From assembly GCA_951406725.2 (NCBI GenBank), contig OX597825.1, forward strand, positions 34,720,001 to 34,784,000: a stretch of 64,000 nucleotides of DNA, given 5' to 3'. The DNA comes from Octopus vulgaris. Lineage: Eukaryota. Below are positions 11,145-24,345 of this stretch, in pieces. A program made the position numbers and the translations under genes. A model generated the notes under the pieces. The model did not search any database, had not been told where the DNA came from, and saw nothing but the letters and a program-made list of their open reading frames with translations. The stretch's first letter is position 1. Each line of letters begins with the position of its first letter.

Positions 11145-12369
11145 AAGATATATATGTTTTTCTCTTTTTCCATATATCTAACAAAGTAGACCTTGCTGAA
11201 CAATCCATTTGGCGCACCACTTCAGTACATGTTCGTGAAAACAAGTTTCAAAGAGGACAATAGCCTAAACATGGTCTATAACAGGTTTCAATTTACCACA
11301 TGAACTAAAATAAAGTTTACATGAATGTGCAACAGAAAAAGTTGACACATATACCAATGCTTTACAAAAGCCAACCGTACAATTTGTGCTGTTGAAAGTG
11401 TAGTGAATCTTGCATGCATGAAGTGGATTCGATCCACCATAGCCAAGTTTAAACTAACGCTGCAACAGAACTGTTCCCATGGTGGAACAATGGTTTTTCT
11501 CTGACAGCAGTTTTACATTTTCCAGATGCCTCTAGCTAGGCCGAAGTAATGTTTTCACTACTTGACCCTTTCTAACCTCTTCTGTTTCACCAAAAGCTAG
11601 AATAGAGATAACAAGACCACCAACTAAATCTATTGTTCTCAATGATATATCTATCCTTCTGGATCTTTATATAAGAAAGCACACCCCAAGCAAAAATCAG
11701 TTAGTCACTTGTCGACAACTGAACGAGGCAGCTCATGACGACTCAATTAGTTAAGGAGAGGATTGCTAGAACCATGATCACAAGGAATACCTCTACTAAA
11801 TTTAATGGTCAGCGAGAGAAATAAAAATTACAGTCAGCAGCTGTGAGACAACACCCTACAATTCTCTCTAGCTCTTATTCTGTTCTATAACAACATTCTA
11901 TCGCTATCTGTGGATTACTACTAACTATTCGAATATGTCAAACTATGTGAAGAAACATTCTACCGCATCTAACTTTACTTCGCCTGCTTTTGGATGTATC
12001 AAAACCTGCCCGTCGAGGCAAGGTATTTGTAACATTACGGTAAATAAATACTTTCTTAAAACTTCATACATTGTCTTTCTTTCACATCCTACAGTAAACA
12101 ATAATAACAACAACAACTTTTTATCATCACAGCTGCTGACTTCGACATCATCAATATGTTTACTAATCAACTTAAAGCCGTTGCAAAACCATGCTATCAG
12201 ACCTTCAGACCCATTTTGTTTTGAGTTCCAATTCGGCCAAAGTTGACTTTACCTTTCATCCTTTCTGTGTCGATATAAGTATCAGTTGAGCACTAGGGTT
12301 GATCCTATCGAACTTAACCCTCATCTAAAAATATGGGTGGAAAATTTCCGTAAAGCTCCATACAAAATG

Positions 12370-12900
12370 ATGGAACGTGGGTGTTGACGCTACGATGTTG
12401 AAACAAAAAGCGATTGTCGCAGTCCGTCACTACGACCGAAAAGAAAAAGAAGAAAAAGCCCGTCATGTTCCTCAAATATGAAAGAAATGTTGATTGTCTT
12501 TTATGATTGGAACGACATCTTTTATCATAAGTTGGTTTCTCGTAATCAGACGACTAATAAAGAATCTTACTTGGAAGTCCTGAGGCGAATATTGGGTGAG
12601 GTATTGCAGACAAAGAAACCTGAAGAATGAGCAAATCTCACATGATGCTGCAACACAACAACTTATGTGCTCTCATGATACTCCTTATCCTTGGTTTTGA
12701 CAAATAGCAAGATGATTCTCACCCACCTTAGCCGCTCTACTCTTCGGATCTGTCACTTGTTTTTATTCCCGACTTAAACAGACTTGTTTTTATTCCCGAA
12801 GTTGAAATGTACTCTGAAAGGTCATCGATTTCAGACAATAGAAGAGTTTGAAGAAAATTAACAAAAAATGTGCACTACCCCTGTAAACATGTTTCGGGAA
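12370..12900 (+). mobile_element. Decayed mariner transposase catalytic-domain remnant
   Basis: Broken frames give TWV..YDVETK, MLIVFYDW, YLEVLRR, PLYSSDLS, FLFPKLKCTLKGHRFQTIEE. Confidence 0.75.
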
Positions 12901-13259
12901 GTACAAACTATTAATATGTATTCGTGCAAATTTCTATGTGTGTGTGTTAGTCAAAGTGTGTACATTGGATTTATTGTGTATTAGTATATTGATGCTACTG
13001 AGTATGATTTAAAAGAGATTTGGCTACTATTTTAATATAGGTTTGGGTACCATGTAGAGAATCTGTTGTTGATTAATGCATTCATATACACATACACACA
13101 TGTTCACATACACATACATGAAGATGTATAATGTGATTTGAACGAGAGATGGTCGCTCTTTCTATCAAGTGTAATGGTCAGATGGAAATATAAGGAATTT
13201 TTATGCATGTAGAATCGTATTTTAAAATTATGTTCCGTCAACTCATTGCACGATTTGCA

Positions 13260-13950
13260 CTTGGGGATTGTTGTCTATTTTGTACTTTTGTGCTGAATAC
13301 TAATCTTTTGACCAAGCACTTACGATCGAGAGAACTATTACTAGGACCCAGAAAATAACAAGAGTAGATCTCTTGGCCTCTTCACCCGGATTTCTGTTGC
13401 AACAATTACGTCCAAATTTTTCGACCTGATGTCATTTAGGAAGCGCCCTTGCTTCCAACTCAGGTCACGGACATTTATACAACCAATGTGAATAGACGTG
13501 ACTTACCTTTTAGATCGGGGCGTCGTGTGGAGAGGGACTCTCAACCTTTTCTTGACTTAGGGTCGGAAATGGCAAGCCTCTAAACATAGATTGATGAAAA
13601 TCAAATCTCAATGTTGAGACCGATTTTCTATATGTGTTAAACAAGATATACGTTTTATTTTTGTTCAATTTGTAAAATTCATAGTTGCTGATTTTTTTTG
13701 TTTTTATTTTACGCATTAAGTCTTCGTTTTTGCTGTGTAGTGCAGCTATTCCTCTGTTCGTCACCGCGTCCGCCATCCTCGGTCTGTCTCTCTTGGCTGG
13801 TTTTTTTTTCTGTCTCGGCTCACTTTGCTCTTGCTGGTTCGAGCCTTCCATTTTCCTTTTGTTGTTTATTTTTCCTTCAGTTTCTTTCTCTCTTTCTTCC
13901 TCCTCACCGTCTGATTCTTCTTCACCTTCTTTACAATATGTTTTAATGTG
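13260..13950 (-). mobile_element. L1/Tx1-clade LINE fragment: ORF1 end and start of ORF2 endonuclease
   Basis: Charged ORF1-like stretch (13510-13851), then IHIGCINVRDL...FLNDIRSKNLDVIVATE (N-terminal APE motif). Confidence 0.65.
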
Positions 13951-14512
13951 ACCCAGTAGGCCACACTGGAAACATCGGGGCTTACGCCTGGAGGACTGGT
14001 AATGCGGACCAAGCGAGGGTGAAAAGACTGGAGTTAAACCAGCAACTTGAAGCTTAACACATGGGAAATATTGCCAGAGCTAAGTTACGTGCGATGGGAA
14101 GTGAAGGAATCAAGGCCACTGGATGGGCCCGAGTGCTGGAAGCTCGGCAAGGAAATAGTTCCACTATTCGGTCATTGACGAATCAAAATGGTATCTTGGT
14201 AAACGAACCCGAGAAAATGTGTGAGGCCTTTCGGGAGTACTTCACCCAGCTGTTCGGGGGTGACGGCAGTCCTGGTGGTGGGAGAGCCCTCGAGGACTTT
14301 CTTGCCGGGCTGTCGTGTCTCTCGGGGTCGGATGCAGAGTGTTGCGAAGGGCCAATCACACCTGTGGACTGTAAAGTGGGTAAGTCGCCGGGACTTGATG
14401 GTCTTCCGTACGAGTTGTATAAATGTATACCAGACTTGTTCGGGCATCTACTGGCTGACGTGTACGCGAACAGGCAACATTATGGGTTTATCCGCAGATC
14501 ATTGACTCGATA
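13950..14512 (+). mobile_element. Tx1 LINE ORF2 middle fragment (linker and start of RT)
   Basis: ORF 14061-14513: EKMCEAFREYFTQLFG...KSPGLDGLPYELYK. Confidence 0.8.
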
Positions 14513-14699
14513 GTTCGGGCGAACGGTTTCCTTTCGAAGCTAGACGATTACATTGACCCCAGTGTTTCACTGGTACTTAATTTATTGACCACAAAAGGAT
14601 GAAATGCAAATTCAACCTCAGCGGAATTTGAACTCAGAATGTAAAGGCGGACAAAATACCAATTTCTTTATTGCCCACCGGGGGCCAAACATAGAAATG

Positions 14700-16285
14700 G
14701 ACAGAGCAACTGATGGGATCAGTAATGCGCTATGATTTTACATAAAATGTGACTTTTAAAAATTAAATACAATATTTAAAAATCGAATGGAATTAACAAT
14801 ACAGAGACAACATAAATGAAGCGACGACCAGGTCACGCTCCGACCCCACAAGCCCCGATCTATCGCTGGTACTTTTTTTTTTGTTCTTTTTTTTTCCGTC
14901 TATTCACACGGTTCCTTGCACGCACAACTCTCGTGCAGCATGCTTCCATCTCTTTTGGAACGGACAGTCCGACAGACATCTCTTCTCCAGCCACACCTTC
15001 CTTTTCAAATGAAAAGAAAAAATTTATCGTAAATTGTGGCCAGAGATAGTTGCCTGTCTTAATTCCTTTTATCCTAGTCTTCCATACTGCCTCTTTCGCT
15101 ATTGCTACAACCGTAAGAAAACAATTCTTACCTTCGTTCGTTAAAACTCTCGGTGGGTCAGACTCATTCGACAGCTGTACTCATCCTTCGCCGGACAACA
15201 AGTGTTCAGCATAAGCCCACATTTCAGATATCTCCGGACACTGAACAATAGCGTGAGGGACGTTTCCCTGTCACCCCGCATTTTGGACAGGTCGGCGACT
15301 GACGCTTACCGTGTCTTGCGAGCTTATCCCAAACGGGCAAGGCACCTCTGTAGCATTGCCAGGTTAAGAACTTTTGGAAGTTGTCCAACGTTCTCAACCC
15401 GTATGTACGGTGAAAGAGACTGTCCAGCTGAATAAACCCGAGACCTACTGTCGCCTCCAGGCCATCGTCGCATTGAGAATCTACCAACCCACTATATAAA
15501 ATCCGTGTGGAACCCCCACCGCTGGCGTTGCCCGAGCGCCGGAATAGCAAGAGGGCCTTACGGCACTCCTTATGCCATTCACTCGACCTCGGTCTACGAG
15601 AACACCAGGCTTCCTGTTGGCAAAAACGTTTGAACTCAGGGAACATATGTCTGGCCAGCGGAGACCACAACCGTTCACTATCCAGGAGAATCCAGAGGTG
15701 GCTCAACCTCAACGCATGTCTGCGCATAATTAACTAAGGCATCCCTAAACCTACCTTTAAAGGCTTTTGACAGCAGACAGAGCGTTTCATGAGTGGCGAC
15801 CTGCCCTTCCACAAAAAGCGAAAGAGCTGACTCTCCAACCTGATCAACCACGAATCCGGACAGGGCCCGACTGTCAGGCGGTAGGTAATGACCGATGCGA
15901 TAAACACATTGGCCACCTCTGCCCTCCCTTTCAGGGATAGCCACCGCCAAGACCAAGTCTTGACTACTGCAACCACCCTGCTCAATACCTCCGTCCAGTT
16001 CTTCTCTATCTGGAAGCCTGGTCCAAACCAAACTCCCAGCAACTTAACCGGTCCCTCCGTCCAGCGCCCAACAACGCTGTCTGAAGGCATCGACTTGCCA
16101 ACCCAGGTGCCGAGCTGCAAGCCGACCGACTTTTCCCGGTTAATCTTTGCTCCTGCCACCTCCTCGTAAGCCTCAATAGTCTTACCCACTTCACGCAGGC
16201 GTGCTACTGAGGTTGCGCTGATAGTAATATCATCCGCGTTAGCCGTAACAAACTCCTCTAGACCTGGTTTTCTCGGGATGCCTCA
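14700..16285 (-). mobile_element. Tx1 LINE ORF2 3' half (RT end and zf-RVT), 5'-truncated
   Basis: ANADDITI, GAKINREKS, KLLGVWFG, LSLKGRAEVANVFIAS, FLWKG...GLGMP, WQCYRGALPV...PTCPKCG. Confidence 0.88.
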
Positions 16286-16906
16286 AAATTTTCAGGGCTT
16301 TGTGCCTAGAGTAGAAATAATTATTAATAGCCTTATGAAGGTGGCGAGCTGGCAGAATTGTTAGCACGCCGGGCGAAATGCTTCGCGGTATTTCGTCTGC
16401 CGCTACGTTCTGAGTTCAAATTCCGCCGAGGTCGACTTTGCCTTTCATCCTTTCGGGATCGATTAAATAAGTACCAGTTACGCACTGGGGTCGATATAAA
16501 CGACTTAATCTGTTCGTCTGTCCTTGTTTGTCCCTACTGTGCTTAGCCCCTTGTGGGTAGTAAAGAAATAGGTATTTCGTCTGCCGCTACGTTCTGAGTT
16601 CAAATTCCGCCGAGGTTGACTTTGCCTTTCATCCTTTTTTTGGAGGTGGGGATCGATTAAATAAGTAACATTTACGCACTGTAATCGACCTAATCTGTTC
16701 CATTGATCGTATCAACTGGAACCCTCGTCGTCATAACTAACGGAGTACCGCGGTTACATACATGTACACACACACACATCTATATATTGATACATACCTA
16801 TATGTACACCTACACATATATATTAATACAATCACACACACATATTAACACACTTCTGGTCATAAGTGTTCCACTCTTTATGTCTCTCCGTTGCTGGAGA
16901 CAGGTT

Positions 16907-16966
16907 AGGACAATTGACATGCTAATGACGCCTGTTGAGGCAGAAACACGTTTCCACGTCTGTCCT
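16907..16966 (+). ncRNA. Degenerate type I minimal hammerhead ribozyme motif (Penelope-like)
   Basis: AGGACA-att-GACATG | CTAATGA | C GCCT-gttg-AGGC A | GAAAC ACGT TTC | CACGTC-TGTCCT. Stems intact, core G5A and 16.2 mismatch. Confidence 0.6.
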
Positions 16967-17356
16967 TTTACTTCCAGAATATAAGCCTGTCCTTTATATT
17001 AGAGGCATGTCAAGTGCGTAGAATTATTGATTAATTCTTGAGAATTATCTCCTCTTCTCACATAGGGGTTATTCTGAAATGCCATTTGGTAGTTTTAACA
17101 AATCAAGAGTTTATGTTGTATAGTATTTAAGTATTTAAAATACATGTACTTGTCTATGTTGTTCATATACAGGCCACTGGCCATTGAGTTATTTCACTTC
17201 GCTCATTTTTCGCGTTAACACACACACACACACGCGCACATATATGTTGAAAAGTGTAGGCTCAAAGCATAAAATACTTTTTCATTTTTCCGAGCGTCAA
17301 AAACTAATACACTTGCTTGTTGTTCATACACCTGTCTTTGTCTTTCTATAAATTTC

Positions 17357-17359
<3 letters not shown>

Positions 17360-17429
<70 letters not shown>
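17360..17429. repeat. (TA)n microsatellite
   Basis: Direct reading. Other TA runs at 46427-46480 and 48250-48500. Confidence 0.97.
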
Positions 17430-17432
<3 letters not shown>

Positions 17433-18199
17433 GTGTGTGCGTGCAAGCGCGTGTATGTATATAGGTGTGTGAATGTGCGAGCGCGTATGTATATGTAGGT
17501 GTGTATGTATGTGTGTGCGTGCACGTGTTTATGTGTGTGTGAGAGAGAGAGAGGGAATGAAGTAGAAAATTAAATGGACATACCAAAGCAAGAAAAAGAC
17601 TGCAAAAATTGAAAGAAAAAAAAGAACGACTAAATTCAGCAAGTGAACGAATAAATATTTTCGTTTAGCGCACTATTTTTTCTTCGACTACTCACTCAAC
17701 ATTAGTAGAGTATGTATGTACTAATACATCTGTCCAGCCTGCCAGTTTTTTTCCACCCTCTCTCCTTCACTCTGTAAACTAATCACTTCAAATCTCTTCT
17801 GTATGTCTTAGATTTGGTGGAGTCTTACAGATAATAAATACTCCAAGATGATGCGATTACCAAGTATTTCAACATCTGTTACTCGGTTTGTACATATTTC
17901 TTTACTTTTGTAGCGACGTTTATGTATTTGGAATATTGCGATGAAATGTCTTTGAAGTTCGTTAATTGCAACACTCCAATTCTGTAACGATTCTGCTCAT
18001 ATATCTATCTATGTCACCAACCTGCTTTTCAGTTGTATTTTCTGGGTAGTAGTAGTTTTTGTTGTTGCAGGTTAGCATGTGGCGGGTATGTTTATCATGT
18101 TTTATGTTTCCAGTCATCTTTCTGGTTCAATTATCTCCATATCTACCTGTGTACCTGTATGTCCGTATGACTGTCTCATCTATCTGCCTGTCTCATCTA

Positions 18200-18316
<117 letters not shown>

Positions 18317-20377
18317 CTCACTGGCTGGTTGTATCCTTGCCCTCTATCATGTACCACATCTCTCTCCATCTATAAAAAAAACACCTTCACACAAGACTAA
18401 ATGTATTGTAAGTCTTATAGTCTATTATAGCGAGAGCCCCATGTGTATTACAGGTATTTGTTTGATCTTGTGGCGTGGTTTTAAACATGATATAACAATG
18501 GCACCAAAATTTGGTGTATTGTATTACGGAAATACTGTATGGGCAACCATAAACAACTTCCTCTTGCCATCGAGGGTTGTTCGATCTGCTGAAAATAGTA
18601 GCTGAATATTCCTCAGATCACACTCTGCTATCTTACATAAAGAAAGGAGAGTAAATAATGTCCTATACACTCCTAAAAAGATGATCATCATGGCTAGAAA
18701 GCTAATTTACCTCAGGCCAGCGAGGGAACCTTTAACAGTTCTCATAACCTACTGGGAATATGTATCTGACCGGGACACTCCGGTGTCTGAACAGTGTAGT
18801 CTTAGATACACTATGCCTGAAAAATATAGGACTGGCGGCTGAAACACCTTTTGTCAACGGGGCTAAATAGCAACAACAACAGGTCTTTGATGATCATAAT
18901 TAAATACTTCTTGAAGCCAAAGTGAGGGCAAATAGATGTTGTGACCTTCATGTATTTGCTACGGGTAACCGCAATGTAATTGAAGACAATAGAAATGATA
19001 ATAAACGCTTGTAATATAGTATTTAGTTTCATTGCTCTTCCTTTGGAGTTAAATCTCGCTAGTGTCGGCCTTAGTTTTCTTTTATTCCCTCCTCTTCTAA
19101 GATAAATATTAGATCGATCTTAGTACCTAATACTTTGTGTTATCGATCTCTCCCTCCGTTGAAGGATGTAAGATGAAATTGACCTTGGTGACATTTGAAT
19201 TCAGAATGCAGAGGGTTGAAACTAAATGCCACAAGGCATTTTGTCCTCTGATGTAACGATTTTGATATCCACTGCCCATCACAGCCCTCTCAGATCAAGA
19301 TAAACCAGCAATACGCTCGTGTGGATCCAGTCAACGGTACGACGTTAATTATGTAGGAAGGAACCAATGGTAGTAATGCTTTCTAACTATGCACAATAAC
19401 CACAACTTTGTGGGAAAGGATGTAGTCAACTTAACTGATTCTTAATATTTAACTGGTTCTTATTTTATCGATATAAATTGAAAACAAAATCGATCTTAGT
19501 GCGATTTAAACTCGGGACGTAAAGGAACCCATCTAGAACTTTTCATTTATTTTGTCAGACGTTCTACAGATTCTGTAAATGATTTTTAGGCCAAGAAAAT
19601 ATGGGAGGGGATAAAACTACTTTGTACACTCGACCTCAATATATTACTGGTACTTATTTTATCATCCTTGATGGATTGAACTCTGGAAATGACTTGGCGA
19701 AATACCGATTCTACGATGGCGATATTGAAATGATTTTTCGCACCCAAAACGTATCTGATGTTTGGCTTCCTAGACAAACGAAACTCCAGTCTAGTCTCAA
19801 ACAGGATCTTCCCTACAGGCTATTTGAACGAATTCTATTTGCTATTCCACAGCAGTGCCAACTTAAGGCATGGACACACTGGGCAGTGGCTCATTAGCCT
19901 ATGAGACCCAATTCTGAACTGTTTAATTGATAATAAACAAATACTATCGGACACATGGCATTGGTTTTCCTAAAGGTCTTTAATGTCACTAAGGCGGCTC
20001 TGTTCCATGGGAAATGTATGAAAACCACATATTCTTAATCTCGTAAAAAATCCAATACTCTCTGTTTTTGTACAAAAAATTATTGTTCGGTAAAGTTAGA
20101 GGATGACAGTGTATAGTTTTGCCCCTGATGTTGTGATTTGCAATTCTCAGTGCAATTCATTAAATCTTTCTTACCTTGTGCCCCTGAAAGAAATCATCAC
20201 TAAAGCAAATGATAACAATTTCATAGTTTTGTTTTGCATTGTTATAGATAGTCCACTCAGCATAAAACTGTTGCTATCTTTGTTTCATTTCTGTTTTGTT
20301 TTAATTTTCATATTGTTGAATTAAGTATAGCCACGTGTATGTAACTAGGGAGGACATCGTTTATCTTGCAGCTTATA

Positions 20378-20403
20378 ATGCCTAAGTGTGTTGGTTTGCT
20401 TAA
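20378..20403 (+). CDS. ALDH4A1: Candidate first coding exon of ALDH4A1 (MPKCVGLL-K, start of mitochondrial presequence)
   Basis: ataATG context and donor AA|GTAGGT in phase 2, which exon 26781 requires. The join reads [36 protein letters not shown] (basic, no acidic residues). No homology support for this short exon. Confidence 0.45.
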
Positions 20404-21969
20404 GTAGGTTCCATTAAACCTTGAGGTGTGCGATCCATTGAAGTATTTAGTATTGAATTGATATTTTTTTCTTTCTTCGCTCATGTTTCTGTTTTCGGTT
20501 TTGTATTTGTATTTTAATGTAGTTTTGGGTAATCTTACGGAGAACTGTTATCGATCTTTTATTCATTGGATTGAACCTTATTATCTTTACTCGGGTGTCG
20601 TTAAGGTAACAATTTATTGACGCACATTACAGCCTCATAGCCTAACGGGAAAAAAAACAAACACTGCACATTCTCCGGCAGTAATCAGGTCCGAAATCTC
20701 TCCCTTTTCCTTCCATAGAGTAATATTTCTTATCTTATTCATCTGCTGTTACAGTGAAAGCTCAACCGATTTAGGTTTCTTTCTTAATTTACCAATGTTT
20801 TTGTTCTAAACCACAAAATATTCACTTCATCACGAAACTTCTGATAGTCTGGTTTGACGAAATTCTATTTTTAAAAAACCATGAAATATTAAGACATCTA
20901 ATTTATTTTTATACTTTTTTATAAATCAATTCTTTAAATAATCAGCACCATTGTGAAGCAACGTAGGAGTCTATGTTATCGTCCATCCCGCTAGAAATAG
21001 CAATCAAGTCTCTCGCCAGTCGCGTCATCTTAAAATATGTAAGGGCATTGAATGATACAGTTCTAGATATCCTCATTCTAAACACAAAACGAAGGCCTTT
21101 GAAAATACGTCTAAATCTAGGCTAATGTGGGACTGAACAGTAACAACCACAGCGAGCCTTTTTGGTCGCTCGCCCTTCAAGAAGTAGCTACCAAATCTCC
21201 CTCAGTTACTGCCCCAGAAAAGGATACATTGAGTATTGTGGCCTCAATTTCACCGTATCATGGAAAAAGACAGTATGGTCACAGCTGGAAAGCCTTTTAT
21301 CATAGGTCTATTATTATTACTATTTAAACATCGGCAATATCAACAGTTCCGAGACAAAAAGTGCGAAAGGCTCTCTCAACATGATCTTATACACACACAC
21401 ACACGTGTGTGCGTGCGCATGACATGTATGTGTGTATATGCATGTATTATACTGGTTTCTACACTATTTCGTAATGGAATGTTGATGCATTTTATCCTTG
21501 GTCGAACCAATATATGTCCTTCACCAGTTCTTTCCCCATAGTATCGAGATGGAAGGCAGTAGCAGTAAACCTCTTGTGGCATGTTATATATTATGTGTGG
21601 GCGGTGCTGCGCAAACTCGGTTATCCTGCGCCTTAATTCCACTTCCATGCAGTTTAATTTAATCCATAACCCTGACCAACAGCTGTGGAAATGTCACTCA
21701 CTCTCTTTTATTATATTGCGTTGTCAATGAATGGCTTATGTTGCTTATAACTAAATCTTTTCCTATCTGGTCTTTCAACAGTTAATATGGATACGACTAT
21801 GCGTTTGTTAACGAACTAAAGTTGCATGTTATATACCACATCTATTATTTGAGATCTCTGTTTAGTGTCCGCATAGTGATATGGAGTGGTAAACTAACGA
21901 AAAATACACATTGCAAAGGAATTGCCCAATTTATTTTAATTTTACCCCACCGCTAACCCTAAATATATA

Positions 21970-22190
21970 TTTCTTTACTACCCACAAGGGGCTAAACATA
22001 GAGGGGACAAACAAGGACAGACAAAGGGATTAAGTCGATTACATAGACCCCAGTGCGAAACTGGTACTTTATTTATCGACCCAGAAAGGATGAAAGGCAA
22101 AGTCGACCTCGGCGGAATTTGAACTCGGAACGTAACGGCAGATGAAATACGGCTACGCATTTCGCCCGGCGTGCTAACGTTTCTGCCAGC
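21970..22190 (-). mobile_element. Young tRNA-SINE with TSD
   Basis: CpG-rich full copy flanked by the direct repeat GCTAACCCTAAATATA (21952-21967 and 22189-22204). Confidence 0.85.
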
Positions 22191-23275
22191 TAACCCTAAA
22201 TATAACCCCATCCCTCACCGAATCTCGTAAAAATTAAACATCAATGTTTATTTATCGATAAAATAAGTGCGCAATGTTCCGTATATTCTTTGGCGGTCGA
22301 TACAGTCGATTTTATTGGTGCTGGACTGGTAAAATCGTTAGAGCGTCAGTCAAAATGCATTGCAGAATTTATTTACAATCCTTAACTTCTTGAGTTCAAA
22401 TCCCACTGAGGTTAACGTTATTCACTTTTCCTTGGGATCGACAAAATGTTGCAAAAGTACTGTAGTCAATTATATTACTCAATTGATTATCATAGTTGTT
22501 AATGGAAAACAGAAAACTAATGCGGTATTTCTCTCCTCTAGTACTTGGTCTGTACCTGTGTTAGAAATCATATCTAGAATATTGGGTTGGAGGAAAGAAC
22601 CAGCGGTCTTCGCAATGAAGTTTAGATTTTGCATAAAATATGTTTTAGTTGATTACATAATATTTATATTTATTCATTATGTATGTCATTAGAAGGATTT
22701 GAAATTAGATCACAGATTTGAAATAACTACTACCATCAGACATTCTATTCATCATCTTTAATGACTCTACTAACTAACTAGCTTTGATCTTTGAATACGA
22801 ATCCTACTAAAGAATATATTACAATAATTTTTATTAATATTTTACAATATATCGCTCGCATCTTGTTGCTGTTGCTTTAGGTCTGTCATCCACCCATTTT
22901 GGTCAAGCTTGTTTTATCATCCCTACATTGTTTTAGTGAATTCTTATAGGACAGTGTACTGGTCAGAAGGACAAAGTAGTCATCATTAGATTCAAATTGA
23001 GAATTTGATCGCAGCAGTGGGAGAATTCAGACAGACAAGATTATGCCTTGGTTTTCTTTGGCCTGCTAATACTATGTAGGGATTGTGTGGTTGCTTGACC
23101 TGCTAGAAATAGTAACAAAATCTCCCCAATATCACACTGTTCTCTTTAAAAATGATATAGTGGATAATGTTGTCTGAAACAAATACAGAAAAGATGACCA
23201 TAGCTGGAATGCCTTTAATTATGAGTCTATGCGATCAAAGCTGACTTGTGATTAAACAAAAGTAGTAATCTAGGA

Positions 23276-23512
23276 CAATGGTTCTTGACTGGAGTTCATA
23301 TGGTCCTTGGGTTCATATAAGATTTGGTTGTTAAAATTTAAGTGCAATAAATTGCTTATATATCTACAATACTCAAAATATTTTAATATTTTTATACAAT
23401 TCCTAATGATATTTAAGATTTTTTAAATATGTATTGAATGGCTATGGAGGTCCAATAGAGTAAAATAGGAATCAATGGAGGTCCATAGACAAAAAATGGT
23501 TGAGCACCACTG
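23276..23512. mobile_element. hAT/Charlie-like MITE
   Basis: Termini CAATGGTTCTTGAC...GGTTGAGCACCACTG with NTCTAGRA flanks. A homologous interrupted copy spans 35320-35968. Confidence 0.65.
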
Positions 23513-23550
23513 GTCTAGAAAAAAACATATACTGCACATGTCTCGATTAA

Positions 23551-24345
23551 TCCTTTAACATTCAGATTAAATTGTATTATAATTCTTATTTATTGACATT
23601 GTTTTGAATTAATTAGGCATTATCCTGTACCTTCAAGATTTTGATGATGTGATTGTATATTTTTTGTATGACATTGTAGGGTAGGTGTTAGAAGCCAGAT
23701 CTGATTAGTTTGAACTTGAAGCAGATAGAAGAATATTTTCGCCAGATTTGGCTGGTTTCAAATCAAATTTATTGGCAGAAGAGCACAATGTGCTTAAGCC
23801 CTTTTACTCTTTTACTTGTTTCAGTCATTTGACTGTGGCCATGCTGGAGCACTGCCTTATTCTTTGTAAGCCTAGTACTTATTCTATCGGTCTCTGTTGC
23901 CGAACTGCTAGGTTATGGGGACATAAACGCACCAGCATCGGTTGTCAAGCGAAGTTGGGGGACAAACTCTGACACACAAACATACACACACACGCACACA
24001 CACACACAAACATACACACTCACACACACACACACACATATATATACGATGGGCTTCTTTCAGTTTCCCTCTGCCAAATCCACTCACAAAGCTTTGGTCT
24101 GCCCGAGGTTATAGTAGAAGACACTTGCCCAAGGTGCCACGCAGTGGGATCGAACCCAAAACCATGTGGTTCGTAAGCAAGCTACTTATCACACAGCCAC
24201 TCCTACTCCATGTCAAAAAAAAAATAGTTATTGTTATATACAGTTTTATGCATGGTTGCCACAGTTGTCCAGAGCCTCTTTGAACAGGGGAGTGGTGGGC
24301 AGTTGAATGACATCTTGTGGTAGCTTGTTCCACGGGGCTAAAGGG
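23551..24345. mobile_element. piggyBac-like MITE family 1 copy (reverse orientation) with nested SINE
   Basis: TTAA|TCCTTTAAC... body homologous to 5426-5638. The right end GCTAAAGGG|TTAA resumes at 24338 after a ~575-bp insert. Confidence 0.6.

Noticed and set aside
11200-11700. Non-repetitive, coding-looking segment
   Set aside because: No long open frame, recognisable motif or paired splice sites.
18811-19032. 73-aa minus-strand ORF with a signal-peptide-like N-terminus
   Set aside because: AT-rich DNA readily gives hydrophobic ORFs; no convincing splice sites or recognisable domain.
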